Shown here in pieces: positions 10,571 to 21,069 of a stretch of 64,000 bases of DNA. Numbering within the stretch: the first letter of the stretch is position 1; the number at the start of each line of letters is the position of its first letter. The position numbers and the translations under genes are program-made. Below the pieces are notes generated by a model that worked only from the letters and a program-made list of their open reading frames with translations, was not told the origin of the DNA and did not search any database. The DNA lies in the IMG/VR virus record IMGVR_UViG_3300023179_000058, positions 1 through 64,000 of that record; one strand, written 5' to 3'. Source of the DNA: a virus.

Positions 10571-10872
10571 ATATCATTGTGGAAATAATTTCAATTACAA
10601 TTGCTTTTTTGCTTTGGTTGCTTTTATTCAGAAACATCAAAGAATCTACTGAAAAATCTAATACATCAACAAACCCTATCGAAGTTTATGTTGAGAAAAT
10701 AGGCGAGTGCTATTATGCTTGGCACAATAAAACTTTTATCTTTCAGACAAAAGACACGAAAGAATTAGTTGCATACATAAAAAACAAATTTCCAAACAAC
10801 ATTATAAAAATTTTATCAGATAAGGAACTCACATGGTTACAGGAAGCAAAAAAGGAATTGAATCTAAAATAA
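10567..10872 (+). CDS. membrane-anchored hypothetical protein
   Basis: N-terminal TM; overlaps both neighbours. Confidence 0.55.
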   Translation: MNIIVEIISITIAFLLWLLLFRNIKESTEKSNTSTNPIEVYVEKIGECYYAWHNKTFIFQTKDTKELVAYIKNKFPNNIIKILSDKELTWLQEAKKELNLK

Positions 10873-11837
10873 CAGATGAACGAAATGCGTTCAAGCCATT
10901 CAATTATCCTTGGGCGTATGACGCATGGTTAAAACATGAACAGTCACATTGGTTGCACACAGAAGTGCCAATGCTTGAAGATGTTAAAGATTGGAGAAAC
11001 AAGTTAAGTGAGGATGAGAAAAATTTTTTAACTCACATTTTTAGATTCTTCACGCAAGGTGACATTGATGTTGCTGGTGGTTATGTTCGTAACTACTTGC
11101 CTTACTTTCCACAACCTGAAGTACGCATGATGCTTTGTGGGTTTGCCGCTAGAGAAGCATTGCACATTGCCGCATACTCACACTTGATTGAAACACTAGG
11201 TTTGCCAGAAGCAACTTACAATCAATTTTTAGAGTACCAAGAGATGCGCGATAAACACGACTATGTTCTAAATTTATCTGCCCAAAATACAACTAAAGAA
11301 AATACTGCAACTCATATCGCCGTGTTTAGTGCATTTACTGAAGGTATGCAACTATTCAGTTCTTTTATTATGTTGCTTAACTTTCCCCGTATGGGTAAGA
11401 TGAAAGGTATGGGACAAATCGTCACCTGGTCTATTGTTGATGAAACACAACATGCTGAGTCAATGATTAAGTTATTTCGCACATACATAGAAGAGAACAA
11501 AGAAATTTGGAATGATGATTTAAAATCAAGAATTTACACCATCGCTGAAAAAATGGTAGAACTTGAGGACAAATTTATCGACCTTGCTTTTGGCATCAAT
11601 TCAATGGAAGGATTAACTTCAGAAGAGGTTAAAAAGTATATTCGTTATATTGCTGATAGGCGATTAATTTCATTAGGGCTAAAAGGCATCTTTAAAGTTA
11701 AAAGAAATTCTCTGCCATGGGTAGAGGAAATGATCAACGCACCTACACATACCAATTTCTTCGAAAACAGAGCAACAGATTATGCAAAAGGCGCACTCTC
11801 TGGCAAATGGGATGATGTGTGGGGTAAAGCCGCCTAA
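10833..11837 (+). CDS. nrdB: ribonucleotide reductase class Ia beta subunit
   Basis: EALHIAAY, EGMQLFSSF, DETQH and NFFE motifs. Confidence 0.95.
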   Translation: MVTGSKKGIESKITDERNAFKPFNYPWAYDAWLKHEQSHWLHTEVPMLEDVKDWRNKLSEDEKNFLTHIFRFFTQGDIDVAGGYVRNYLPYFPQPEVRMMLCGFAAREALHIAAYSHLIETLGLPEATYNQFLEYQEMRDKHDYVLNLSAQNTTKENTATHIAVFSAFTEGMQLFSSFIMLLNFPRMGKMKGMGQIVTWSIVDETQHAESMIKLFRTYIEENKEIWNDDLKSRIYTIAEKMVELEDKFIDLAFGINSMEGLTSEEVKKYIRYIADRRLISLGLKGIFKVKRNSLPWVEEMINAPTHTNFFENRATDYAKGALSGKWDDVWGKAA

Positions 11838-11846
11838 GGAGAGAGG

Positions 11847-12047
11847 ATGACAGGATTTGAATTATTCTGCGAATCGTGTGGCATAGATTCGTATGTTGAA
11901 TCACAAAAGCCACCTAAGTTTTGTCCAGTATGCGGTTCAGAAATGGACGATACAAACATAGCAGAGGAAGAATGGCAAGAAGATGTAGAAAATGAATGGG
12001 ATAGACTTTCAGAGGAATCTCTTAGAGATTTAGATGATTGGAAATGA
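11847..12047 (+). CDS. small zinc-ribbon protein
   Basis: CESC...CPVC motifs, acidic tail, RBS AGGAG. Confidence 0.65.
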   Translation: MTGFELFCESCGIDSYVESQKPPKFCPVCGSEMDDTNIAEEEWQEDVENEWDRLSEESLRDLDDWK

Positions 12048-12604
12048 TCTATGCCGGCATTGACTACTCAATGACTTCCCCTGCGATTTGTCTATATAAT
12101 GATAGTGTCAGAGAGTTTAAGTTTGATAATTGTGTTTTGCATTACATGACGCAATTGAAGAAGTATGATGTTTCATTCAAAAATGTATACGGTCATTACT
12201 TTGAATATGCGAATGAGATGCAGAGATACGATATAATTTCCAGTTTCTTTATCGATAGGATTTTAGAAACTGGAGAAGAAACGAAAGTCTTCATTGAAGA
12301 CTATTCGATGGGATCGAAAGGTCGTGTGTTTAACATTGCAGAGAATACAGGCATATTGAAATATAGGTTTTGGAGTTTTCAAATTGAATTCAAGACAATA
12401 GCACCCACAGTAATTAAGAAGTTCGCCACAAATAAAGGCAACTCAAATAAAGAACAAATGCAATTGGTCTTCGAACAAGAAAATTCCATTCGACTGAAAG
12501 ACGAATTAAATATGACTGAAAAACAATGGAATCCTTCATCGGATTTAATTGATGCCTACTATATTTGCAAATATGGATATCAGAATGAACATAAAAATGG
12601 ATGA
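12044..12604 (+). CDS. RuvC-like Holliday junction resolvase
   Basis: GIDYSMTSP, FIEDY, KKFAT and DLIDAY motifs. Confidence 0.8.
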   Translation: MIYAGIDYSMTSPAICLYNDSVREFKFDNCVLHYMTQLKKYDVSFKNVYGHYFEYANEMQRYDIISSFFIDRILETGEETKVFIEDYSMGSKGRVFNIAENTGILKYRFWSFQIEFKTIAPTVIKKFATNKGNSNKEQMQLVFEQENSIRLKDELNMTEKQWNPSSDLIDAYYICKYGYQNEHKNG

Positions 12605-13208
12605 CGATAACAAAAACCCTTTTGCAAATTTATTTGACGATAAGATTATAAATTGCAAGCCGATTGGAAATCTTATCACAATTTATATCTCAGGTTCAAT
12701 TGAAGCACCAGAGAAATACATTGGATGCATTGATGCAATTCGTAATGCAAATGAGACTGATGTAATTCGAATTCATATCAATTCTCCAGGTGGAGATTTG
12801 TTTACTACAATTCAATTCATTCGTGCTATAGCAGAATCTAGTGCTATGGTAATTTGTTCTGCTGAAGGCGCATGTATGTCTGCCGCAACTATGTTATTCT
12901 TGTCGGGGCAAAGATTTGAAATTTCAGAGCATTGTCTTTTCATGTTTCACAACTATTCAGGTGGCACATTTGGTAAAGGCGGTGAGATGTATGATCAACT
13001 TGTCAACGAACGCAAATGGTCAGAAAACATTATTCGCAAGGTCTATCAGGGCTTCTTGACAGAAACGGAAATTCGTAGTATACTAGACAACAAAGATATA
13101 TGGATGGAAGGTCATGAGGTAATGAAACGCCTTGAATCTAAAATCGATAAAGAATTGAAGCCAACGAAAAAAGCCGCAACTAAGAAGAAAGTTCCCGCTA
13201 AAAAATAG
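12585..13208 (+). CDS. ClpP-like serine protease
   Basis: HINSPGG, CMSAAT (catalytic Ser) and FMFHN (His) motifs. Confidence 0.85.
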   Translation: MNIKMDDDNKNPFANLFDDKIINCKPIGNLITIYISGSIEAPEKYIGCIDAIRNANETDVIRIHINSPGGDLFTTIQFIRAIAESSAMVICSAEGACMSAATMLFLSGQRFEISEHCLFMFHNYSGGTFGKGGEMYDQLVNERKWSENIIRKVYQGFLTETEIRSILDNKDIWMEGHEVMKRLESKIDKELKPTKKAATKKKVPAKK

Positions 13209-13223
13209 ATAAGGTTTTATATT

Positions 13224-14051
13224 ATGTACCATTTGAAATTCAACTTCTATCACATAGGCGATCAAATCGCTACGACTGCTATACCAGAAAACATTTTCAA
13301 TGTGACTGGTGAGAAGTGCATCATTTCAGATGAACGCATTTGGGCATTCAAACACAATCCGTTTGTTGTCTTCATGAGTGAAGAAGAAGCCAACAAACAT
13401 CCCATGATCAGTCTTATACCAGACTGTCGCATTCCAGAACAAACAAAGCAATATGTTGATGTAATGAAAATGCCTGTAACAAACGGGCAGGCAGAATACA
13501 TGTGCATTCAAATGGGCTTTAACAATGTTCAACTAAGACACTCGCGTTTATACATTTACGAAGATGAACCCATTCAGCCCAATCGTATCGTTGTTCACAC
13601 AACAGGTTCAGACAGACGCAGAGATGGCGAGATAGCAATTCGTACCACATCAGGCGAAGATGATGTTCGCGTTATGTCAGACGAAGTTATTGATTCAATC
13701 AACAGAAACTATTCGAACTATGAAATTATTCAAGTTGGTGGTGATAACGATAAGCCTCTTGGTGGCAATAGCACAAACCTCTGTGGCAAATTGAATTATT
13801 GGGAAGTTGCAAAACTTATCGCAGGTTCAGCAAAATTTGTAGGCGTGAATTCTGGTCCAATGCATATTGCTAATTCATATCCTAGAGTGGAGAAGCGCAT
13901 TGTTCTACAAGAATTTCCAATTGATACATTGATGACATTTAGACCAGGCGACATTCGCAACTGGTTGTTCTCTTGGATTGATCCGACCTGTACATTCTTC
14001 AACAAATTTAATCATGATGTAGGTTATACTTACTCACACAAAAAGATATGA
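13224..14051 (+). CDS. GT9/heptosyltransferase-like glycosyltransferase
   Basis: HIGDQI and FVGVNSGPMHIA motifs. Confidence 0.7.
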   Translation: MYHLKFNFYHIGDQIATTAIPENIFNVTGEKCIISDERIWAFKHNPFVVFMSEEEANKHPMISLIPDCRIPEQTKQYVDVMKMPVTNGQAEYMCIQMGFNNVQLRHSRLYIYEDEPIQPNRIVVHTTGSDRRRDGEIAIRTTSGEDDVRVMSDEVIDSINRNYSNYEIIQVGGDNDKPLGGNSTNLCGKLNYWEVAKLIAGSAKFVGVNSGPMHIANSYPRVEKRIVLQEFPIDTLMTFRPGDIRNWLFSWIDPTCTFFNKFNHDVGYTYSHKKI

Positions 14052-14800
14052 AAAAAATTACTGTTATTATTGTGGGTAACACCCATCAAAAAAGTATGCG
14101 TTTTGCAATTGACAATACGCTAGAAAATACGCCTCATGTTGAAACTGTTTTGCAAGTTGGTAATGTGCCTCTTGGCTATGGTCATCACATTCCATTGCGT
14201 GAAAATTTTACTGTAGATGATTACAATTATTTTATGATTAAGAATCTATGGGCGCATGTTAAGACTGAGTTTGCACTTGTAATTCAATACGATGGCATGG
14301 CGGCTAATAAAGCACAATGGACAGATGATTACTTTAACTACGATTACATTGGTGCACCATGGCCTGATAGATTCACATGGATTGGCGCAGATGAAAAAGT
14401 AGGCAATGGTGGGTTCAGTCTACGCAGTATGAAACTGATTGAATCGTTGCGTGACCCATTTATCAAATTTGAAAATAGTCCTCGATTTAAAAATGAAGAT
14501 GCAGTTATCTCTCAAGGACACTCCGCCTTTCTCAAAAAGAAATATGGTATAAAACACGCGCCAATTGATGTGGCAAATAAATTCTCACATGAGTGGTGCA
14601 ATCCAACTGGTGAAACATTTGGTTTTCATGGTGTATGGAATTTTCCGTTGTTTTTCGATGAATCGGTATGCATGAAATATCTACTTGACATTCCAAAAGA
14701 ACATTGGTATAATGATAAACTACAGATGCTAAAGTCTACCTGTGACAACAAAGGTTACGGTAAACTATGGCAAGAAATTCAAAAGGTATTAAATGCATGA
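14048..14800 (+). CDS. DUF5672-type glycosyltransferase-like protein
   Basis: IQYDG, YDYIGAPW, VGNGGFSLRS, NED and FGFHG motifs. Confidence 0.75.
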   Translation: MKKITVIIVGNTHQKSMRFAIDNTLENTPHVETVLQVGNVPLGYGHHIPLRENFTVDDYNYFMIKNLWAHVKTEFALVIQYDGMAANKAQWTDDYFNYDYIGAPWPDRFTWIGADEKVGNGGFSLRSMKLIESLRDPFIKFENSPRFKNEDAVISQGHSAFLKKKYGIKHAPIDVANKFSHEWCNPTGETFGFHGVWNFPLFFDESVCMKYLLDIPKEHWYNDKLQMLKSTCDNKGYGKLWQEIQKVLNA

Positions 14801-15080
14801 TATATTTACAACTACTCTTCAATGGATAAAAGATGATTGGAAAAGCAACTCATTTCGTTTTTGCATTGAAGTACTGGCTTGGGCAGTTAGCATTGGTTGT
14901 TCGATCACCATGGCTCTTACTGTACCAAACCCGCCATTACTTATTCTTTATCCTTTTTGGATTAGTGGTTGCGCTATGTACGCTTGGGCTGCTTATACTC
15001 GGCAATCATTTGGGATGCTTGCTAACTACTTACTGTTAACCACAATTGATAGTTTTGGACTTATAAGGATGTTAATGTAA
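14793..15080 (+). CDS. small multi-pass membrane protein
   Basis: Three hydrophobic segments. Confidence 0.65.
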   Translation: MHDIFTTTLQWIKDDWKSNSFRFCIEVLAWAVSIGCSITMALTVPNPPLLILYPFWISGCAMYAWAAYTRQSFGMLANYLLLTTIDSFGLIRMLM

Positions 15081-15526
15081 TGGAAAATAAATCATGGGTT
15101 ATTGAACTTGAAACCGATCCCGAAACAGGTGACTTGATTCTCCCTTTGAATGATGCTATACTAGAGGGAACAGGTTGGAAACCTGGAGACACTATCGAAT
15201 GGATCGACAACAAAGATGGAAGTTGGACTATGAAGAAGAAAGAAATGCAATGGGTAATGGTTGAATGCGTTTCGATGTTTCGTCAACGATACATGGTGCA
15301 AGTGCCTGCCGGCAAGGCAGATTGGGCACTAGATACTGTTACATGCGAAGAAGCAAAAGAGTTTTCTCAAGAACACCTTGGTGAAACAATTGTCTCGCAT
15401 CGTGTAGTAACTGAAGATGAAGCGTTGCAAATGTGCAACCAAGACAATCGTTATTGTATCACATGGAGTGATGAGAAAAAGAAAGAGGCATTCTTTACTG
15501 AATGGAAAGAAGATGACGCTACCTGA
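15080..15526 (+). CDS. AbrB/MazE-like N-terminal domain protein
   Basis: DLILPL...GWKPGDTIEW pattern. Confidence 0.55.
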   Translation: MENKSWVIELETDPETGDLILPLNDAILEGTGWKPGDTIEWIDNKDGSWTMKKKEMQWVMVECVSMFRQRYMVQVPAGKADWALDTVTCEEAKEFSQEHLGETIVSHRVVTEDEALQMCNQDNRYCITWSDEKKKEAFFTEWKEDDAT

Positions 15527-15752
15527 TGAACGCTACCGCGCACTCAAGTGTGGTAAGCAATTCTTATATGATTTGATAGACCCTAAGAAAACTCCTAGGG
15601 TTCCTAAAGATGTGCGTAGACAAGCCCTTTGGGTGTTGCGACACTATCCAGATGATTATCATTTTGATGTGATTGCGGAAAAAGTGCCAGAGTGGTTTGA
15701 TAAAAAACCTTTTATGGTAAGATTTGCAGAAGAGAAAAAATCAAATGAGTAA
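15513..15752 (+). CDS. hypothetical protein (MTLPDER)
   Basis: Coupled ORF with LRHYP motif. Confidence 0.6.
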   Translation: MTLPDERYRALKCGKQFLYDLIDPKKTPRVPKDVRRQALWVLRHYPDDYHFDVIAEKVPEWFDKKPFMVRFAEEKKSNE

Positions 15753-15912
15753 TGATGTGGAATCTAAGATTCTATTCTTCTTGAAAGAATTACTTCACCC
15801 CGAAGGGTTTGGTTATGCGGTGACACAAGAAGTTCGTGATCATGCAAAACAACTTGTGACACTAATAGAAAGCGAAAAATCAAATTACAAACAAAAGGTT
15901 TATAAGGAATGA
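15745..15912 (+). CDS. hypothetical protein
   Basis: Coupled short ORF. Confidence 0.5.
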   Translation: MSNDVESKILFFLKELLHPEGFGYAVTQEVRDHAKQLVTLIESEKSNYKQKVYKE

Positions 15913-16670
15913 AAGTTTATATTGGTCCATATAAAAAATGGTTTGGTCCTTACCAACTGGCTGAGAAACTTTGCTTTTGGGCAAAAAAAGAGAAAGATGA
16001 ATATGGGTTTGATCGTGATCCAGATTGGGTGCATAACTTTGGTGAATGGCTTGCACATGGTAGTGTAGAAAAAGAAGACCCAAAAGCAACTAGAAGTTGG
16101 GACAGAGACCGTCCTAACACATGGCTATATAATCTATTGTTGTGGATTGAATCTAAAAGAAAACGCATTGTGTATGTGAAGATTGATAAGTACGATACTT
16201 GGAACATGGATTCAACTTTGAATCCTATCATTCTGCCTATGCTAAAACAATTGAAAGAAACCAAGCATGGTTCTCAACTTGTTGATGATGAAGATGTGCC
16301 TGAAAAATTTCGTACCACATACGATCCTCATAATTGGGATCAACAAGAACTCTTCCCAGAAAAGAAAGAAGCCGCTGATAGCGCAGTAGATGACCTTGTA
16401 CATCTACGCTGGGATTACATTATGAGTGAAATGATTTGGTCTTTTGAACAACTTGCAACAAATTGGGAAGATCAATTTCATACAGGCAAAACTGACTGGA
16501 TGAGTAAGCCTTGCAAATGGGATGAGAATGGCAAACCAACATTATATCAAATGGTTGATGGTCCTAATCATACAGCAAAGTTTGATGCAGAAGGTTATCA
16601 AGCACATAGCAAACGAATCGATAACGGTTTGCGTTTGTTTGGCAAATATTATAGGGGGCTTTGGGACTAA
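15909..16670 (+). CDS. hypothetical protein
   Basis: 253-aa ORF ending GLRLFGKYYRGLWD. Confidence 0.7.
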   Translation: MKVYIGPYKKWFGPYQLAEKLCFWAKKEKDEYGFDRDPDWVHNFGEWLAHGSVEKEDPKATRSWDRDRPNTWLYNLLLWIESKRKRIVYVKIDKYDTWNMDSTLNPIILPMLKQLKETKHGSQLVDDEDVPEKFRTTYDPHNWDQQELFPEKKEAADSAVDDLVHLRWDYIMSEMIWSFEQLATNWEDQFHTGKTDWMSKPCKWDENGKPTLYQMVDGPNHTAKFDAEGYQAHSKRIDNGLRLFGKYYRGLWD

Positions 16671-16794
16671 TGCATTGCCAAACTTGCCACAAAGAATACG
16701 CACCTTCTTGTGACTTTCAACAAGGCAGGTGCCCTCATCACAAACCTACACTTAATATAAATAGTTTGTTTGATCCCAACATAAGGAGACAGTT

Positions 16795-17088
16795 ATGGAA
16801 ATTATCATTGGAATTATTATTCTTGGTGGTATTGTGTATATTGCCTATAATCACTTGAACAAAGAAAAAGCAGATGGAACACATCCACTGGACTCTGTTA
16901 CAAAACCGGTAGAAGAAAAGCAACCGGCAGAAGTTTATGAGCCAGTAAAGGTTGTAGAGCCAACACCTGCGCCAGCACCAAAGGCAAACAAAGCGCCTGC
17001 TAAGAAAGAACAGCCTGCGGCAAAAGTCACGAAGACTGTAGCACAGCAAGCGAAAAAAAGACCGCCTGCGAAGAAGCCTACAGCGTAA
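16795..17088 (+). CDS. membrane-anchored Pro/Lys/Ala-rich protein
   Basis: Late promoter at 16756, RBS AAGGAG, N-terminal TM. Confidence 0.65.
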   Translation: MEIIIGIIILGGIVYIAYNHLNKEKADGTHPLDSVTKPVEEKQPAEVYEPVKVVEPTPAPAPKANKAPAKKEQPAAKVTKTVAQQAKKRPPAKKPTA

Positions 17089-17175
17089 GTAATCACTCAC
17101 TTCTTTCTATGTTTACCATACTTGACAACAGATAGGAAATGCGGTATGATATATACAAATGAAAGGAGAACTTCC

Positions 17176-17796
17176 ATGAAATTCACAGCCTTAGTTGCCG
17201 CTCTACTAGTTGCGACTACCGCTCATGCTGAGGTTAGGTTTTCGAAAGACCCTAAACGAAACGAATCGCGTTCGCTTGATGGGCAAAGTCAAACCTATAC
17301 ACCTAGCCCTCTTTACAATGTTCCAAATCAACTGGTTCGATACGCACCCATTGTCAATATCGAAACCATGTCGAAGTTGGAGACTGGTGTTACACAAAGA
17401 CAAGTTTGTGGTGTAACTACAGTACCTATTCAGAAAAATGTTCCCATTGTAGAAGGTCGATATGTGCATCCAGCAGATGCCGCACTTGGTGCGGTTGTTG
17501 GTGCAGTAATCGGTGCCGGAGTTTCAAATGGTAATGTAGGCGCAACCGTGATAGGTGGAGCAATTGGTGCGGGTGTTGCAACCAATTCTAATCAGAGAGT
17601 AGTTGGTTACTCTACACAAACGGTTGGCTATCAACAACAAAACACTTGCCAAATTATTGAAGAACCTTATAGCCGAAATGTCATCATAGGTTATCTAATA
17701 ACTTACGAAGACAATGGCGAAAAGAAAACTATATCGTCTACCGTTCATCCAGGTACGCATGTGAGGCTTGTAACAACTACAAGAACCGAGATGTAA
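17176..17796 (+). CDS. glycine-zipper 2TM secreted/outer-membrane protein (YcfJ-like)
   Basis: Signal peptide; GAVVGAVIGAG...GGAIGAG zipper; sigma70 promoter TTGACA at 17122. Confidence 0.75.
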   Translation: MKFTALVAALLVATTAHAEVRFSKDPKRNESRSLDGQSQTYTPSPLYNVPNQLVRYAPIVNIETMSKLETGVTQRQVCGVTTVPIQKNVPIVEGRYVHPADAALGAVVGAVIGAGVSNGNVGATVIGGAIGAGVATNSNQRVVGYSTQTVGYQQQNTCQIIEEPYSRNVIIGYLITYEDNGEKKTISSTVHPGTHVRLVTTTRTEM

Positions 17797-18131
17797 TGTT
17801 TTTCATATACGGCGCACTAAACAGTAAAGCATGTGAGAGAGCAGAATTTTTGTTATATACAATGGGTTATGAATATCGTATGTACCTGTATGGTATGGAC
17901 TATACGCTTAATCAACTTCAAAGATTACAACCAGGAACACAAACTGTTCCACACATTTATCATGGCGCAAAATACATTGGTGGCGTGAAAGAGTTATATG
18001 AATACCTGTACGAAAGTCAAGATAGTGACGGAAGGAGAACCTCCAGACCAACAGAAACTAAAGGCGCTATTAATTTCATTACTCAAAACGAACAAAATAC
18101 AAGTAACGATTCTACAGGGAAAAAACAGTAG
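17796..18131 (+). CDS. glutaredoxin-like protein
   Basis: TVPHI...YIGG motif; only one Cys in the active-site region. Confidence 0.65.
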   Translation: MFFIYGALNSKACERAEFLLYTMGYEYRMYLYGMDYTLNQLQRLQPGTQTVPHIYHGAKYIGGVKELYEYLYESQDSDGRRTSRPTETKGAINFITQNEQNTSNDSTGKKQ

Positions 18132-18185
18132 AACCGAGAGCATTTGGAATATTGAAACTAATTCTTGGACTTATGGACCTACATC

Positions 18186-19283
18186 ATGAGAAAGATTACA
18201 TCAGAAATTGGTGCTGAACCCATCTACACAAATGTAGAAGGCAGAGGCGAACAGAGTGTTTTGATCGAAGCATTCAATTGGTACAACTACAATTGCAGTA
18301 AGAAAGAAGCAAAAGAGTTTGTACTAGACTATCTGAAATTTGTCGGGCGAAACAAGAATGAGATTCTTGCTGTTCGTTCCGTATCAGAATCTAAAGTTAA
18401 TTTACAATTCGGCTGGCTTGCGCGTATGCTATGTCTTGGTTTTGTTCCTAGCGACAAGACTAAGCAATATGTCGCGAGTAGGTATAAAGAACTTTTGGCT
18501 GAAGCGAACAAAGATTTAAAAACTGTTAAGGTCGTTGTTGAAGATGCACCAAAGGTCAACATTCAAGATCGTATTCGCGAAAAGGCAAGCGAAGAAGCCG
18601 GCGAGATAGAAGGCTTGGTCGATGACTTTACAACTGGTGGTTGTAAGAACTTTATCGATATGAATTCTTACTTTAAGTCTCGCAATCTTTCTTCTGTTGT
18701 GATGAAGAAGATTTGCGATGTATTCATTCAAAGATCAAAAGAGATTGAAGAAGTAATCAACACAACCGATCCCGATTTGAAAGAAGGTTACTCTAATTTT
18801 ACAAAGCCTGAGTTGCGTAGGTTCAAAGAATTCTTGGACTCTATTGTTGTCGCCGCCAATGCTGGTGCAGAGAGTAACAAGCCTGTACGCAAAAAGCGCA
18901 AAGTGAAAGAAAAGCCTGCGGCTGTTCTAGTTTCAAAGATGAACTACTTGGATGCATTCCCTGAGATGGGACTCGTAAGTATCGCGCCAGAAAAGGTAGT
19001 TGGTGCATTGCAATTGTGGGTATACAACACAAAGACAAAAACACTTGGTGTGTACCATGCAGATAATGCAAAAGGTTTGACTGTCAAAGGAAGCACACTA
19101 CAGAATTTCAATGAACAAACTTCCATTGGTAAACGACTACGCAAGCCAGAGGCAACTATCAAAGAGTTGATGGAGGCTGGCAAAGTTAAAATCAAGAAGA
19201 TTCTGCCAGACTTGTCTACCAAGGAAAGCAACTTGACAGGCCGAATCAATTCTGATACAATTATCCTCAGAATAGTAAATTAG
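18186..19283 (+). CDS. conserved T4-like hypothetical protein
   Basis: 365-aa ORF ending GRINSDTIILR, directly upstream of rnh. Confidence 0.7.
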   Translation: MRKITSEIGAEPIYTNVEGRGEQSVLIEAFNWYNYNCSKKEAKEFVLDYLKFVGRNKNEILAVRSVSESKVNLQFGWLARMLCLGFVPSDKTKQYVASRYKELLAEANKDLKTVKVVVEDAPKVNIQDRIREKASEEAGEIEGLVDDFTTGGCKNFIDMNSYFKSRNLSSVVMKKICDVFIQRSKEIEEVINTTDPDLKEGYSNFTKPELRRFKEFLDSIVVAANAGAESNKPVRKKRKVKEKPAAVLVSKMNYLDAFPEMGLVSIAPEKVVGALQLWVYNTKTKTLGVYHADNAKGLTVKGSTLQNFNEQTSIGKRLRKPEATIKELMEAGKVKIKKILPDLSTKESNLTGRINSDTIILRIVN

Positions 19284-19291
19284 GATATAAA

Positions 19292-20158
19292 ATGATTTTG
19301 CTCGACTTAAACCAAGTCATGATTTCCAATCTCATGATGCAACCAGGAATTACTAGCGGCGGCATTAATGAGAATCTAATTCGCCATATGGTACTCAATA
19401 GCATTCGCATGTACAATGTGAAGTTTAAAGATGAGTATGGCGACCTTGTTATCTGTGCCGATGATAAGAAGTATTGGCGCAGAGATTTGTTTCCGTACTA
19501 CAAAGCGGCGCGTAAGAAAGCCAGAGAAGAATCTCCATACGATTGGAATTTAATTTTCGAAACACTCAACCGAGTGCGTGATGAGATTCGCGAAAACTTC
19601 CCATACAAAGTTATTCAGATTGATAAGACTGAAGCCGATGATGTAATCGGTACAATCTGTACAAACTATGGCGTAGAACTAAAGAATTCTCAAAGTGAAA
19701 AGATTCTGATTCTTTCTAGCGATAAGGACTTTATGCAACTGCAAAAGTTTGCCAATGTGGATCAATACAGTCCTATGGCAAAGAAGTTTCTTAAAACATC
19801 AGAACCGGTTAAGTTTCTCAAAGAGCATATCATTAAAGGTGATAGAGGTGATGGCATTCCTAACATCCTGTCTAGCGATGATACATTCATTACAGAGTCC
19901 CGTCAGAAGCCTGTAACTGAGAAAAAACTAAATATATGGGTATCACAGAAGCCAGAAGACTTTTGCGATGCAACAATGATGCGTAATTACCAGCGCAATG
20001 AAAGTCTAATCGACTTGTCAAAAGTGCCAAGTGAATATGCAGATAGAATTTTAACCGCGTATCGTAATCCTACCGCTATAAAAGGTAAAGGCAAGATACT
20101 AAACTATTTCATCAAGAACCGCATGAAACAATTGATGGAACACATACAGGAATTTTAA
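19292..20158 (+). CDS. rnh: T4-type RNase H (5'-3' exonuclease, FEN family)
   Basis: YKAARK, EADDVIG, SSDKDF and GDRGDGIPN motifs. Confidence 0.92.
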   Translation: MILLDLNQVMISNLMMQPGITSGGINENLIRHMVLNSIRMYNVKFKDEYGDLVICADDKKYWRRDLFPYYKAARKKAREESPYDWNLIFETLNRVRDEIRENFPYKVIQIDKTEADDVIGTICTNYGVELKNSQSEKILILSSDKDFMQLQKFANVDQYSPMAKKFLKTSEPVKFLKEHIIKGDRGDGIPNILSSDDTFITESRQKPVTEKKLNIWVSQKPEDFCDATMMRNYQRNESLIDLSKVPSEYADRILTAYRNPTAIKGKGKILNYFIKNRMKQLMEHIQEF

Positions 20159-20159
20159 T

Positions 20160-20615
20160 ATGCCGACTGACATTAGTAGAGCAACAATCCCAGAGTTGCT
20201 TAAAATTATAAACGATGTTCCTGCGAAAGATCGCGTGGCACATTTGCGTGAGATTGCCAATTTGAAACCTGAATTGAAAACTGTTCTCACATTTGTATAC
20301 AATAGAGACATTCAATTTGATTTGCCTGAGGGAACACCACCTTACAAGCAACTTGACATTCCAGACAATTGGGGCTATAATAGATTACTTAAAGACTTGA
20401 AAAAGTTTGGGTACTTTGTAAAAGGCGCAAATAATAACCTTACTAAGGTTCGTAAAGAAAAAATTTTTATTGAAATGCTAGAAAGCATTTCTGCTGACGA
20501 AGCCAAACTAGCCATCATGATCAAAGATAAAAAATTGACAGGCTACAAAGGCATCACCCGCAAGGTAGTAGAAGACGCACTACCTGAGTTGTTCGTAGGA
20601 GAATCGCAGGCTTAA
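20160..20615 (+). CDS. conserved T4-like hypothetical protein
   Basis: LPEGTPPY and EKIFIEMLE motifs; follows rnh. Confidence 0.65.
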   Translation: MPTDISRATIPELLKIINDVPAKDRVAHLREIANLKPELKTVLTFVYNRDIQFDLPEGTPPYKQLDIPDNWGYNRLLKDLKKFGYFVKGANNNLTKVRKEKIFIEMLESISADEAKLAIMIKDKKLTGYKGITRKVVEDALPELFVGESQA

Positions 20616-20616
20616 C

Positions 20617-20823
20617 ATGTCGAAAACGGATAAGAAGATCAAAGGGTTTCGTGAATTTCTAGAAGAAGATGATAGTAATAAACCAAACCCAAAGAAAAGA
20701 CCTTTGAGAGAAAACAAAGGTAAGACACATCAAAAGTTACAGCATAAGTTGCGTAACTTTGATCCGAAGAATCTTTCGGAAGATGACTTTGATGAATTTG
20801 AAGATGATTGGAGTATAAAATGA
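20617..20823 (+). CDS. small charged hypothetical protein
   Basis: Coupled ORF. Confidence 0.55.
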   Translation: MSKTDKKIKGFREFLEEDDSNKPNPKKRPLRENKGKTHQKLQHKLRNFDPKNLSEDDFDEFEDDWSIK

Positions 20824-21020
20824 CTAATGGTTTAGTTGCTTTCGTAGCATTGTTTGTTATATTTTTTGCGATTCTTTCGCCACTTGCATTTATTTGGTCA
20901 TTGAACACTTTGTTCGGACTGAGTATTGCATATGGTTTCTGGGAATGGTTAGCGGCACTAGTGCTAGTATCATTCGCGGCACCAAGAAATATTTCTTCAA
21001 TCAAGTCAAAACAAGACTAG
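20820..21020 (+). CDS. small membrane protein
   Basis: Hydrophobic; ATGA overlap with the previous gene. Confidence 0.6.
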   Translation: MTNGLVAFVALFVIFFAILSPLAFIWSLNTLFGLSIAYGFWEWLAALVLVSFAAPRNISSIKSKQD

Positions 21021-21069
21021 AATTTGTATATATAGATACATGACAAATAAAACTTTTAAAGGAAGACTA

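Noticed and set aside
8147-11837. Introns or inteins in nrdA/nrdB
   Set aside because: Both reading frames are continuous and compact; the two ORFs between them are separate genes.
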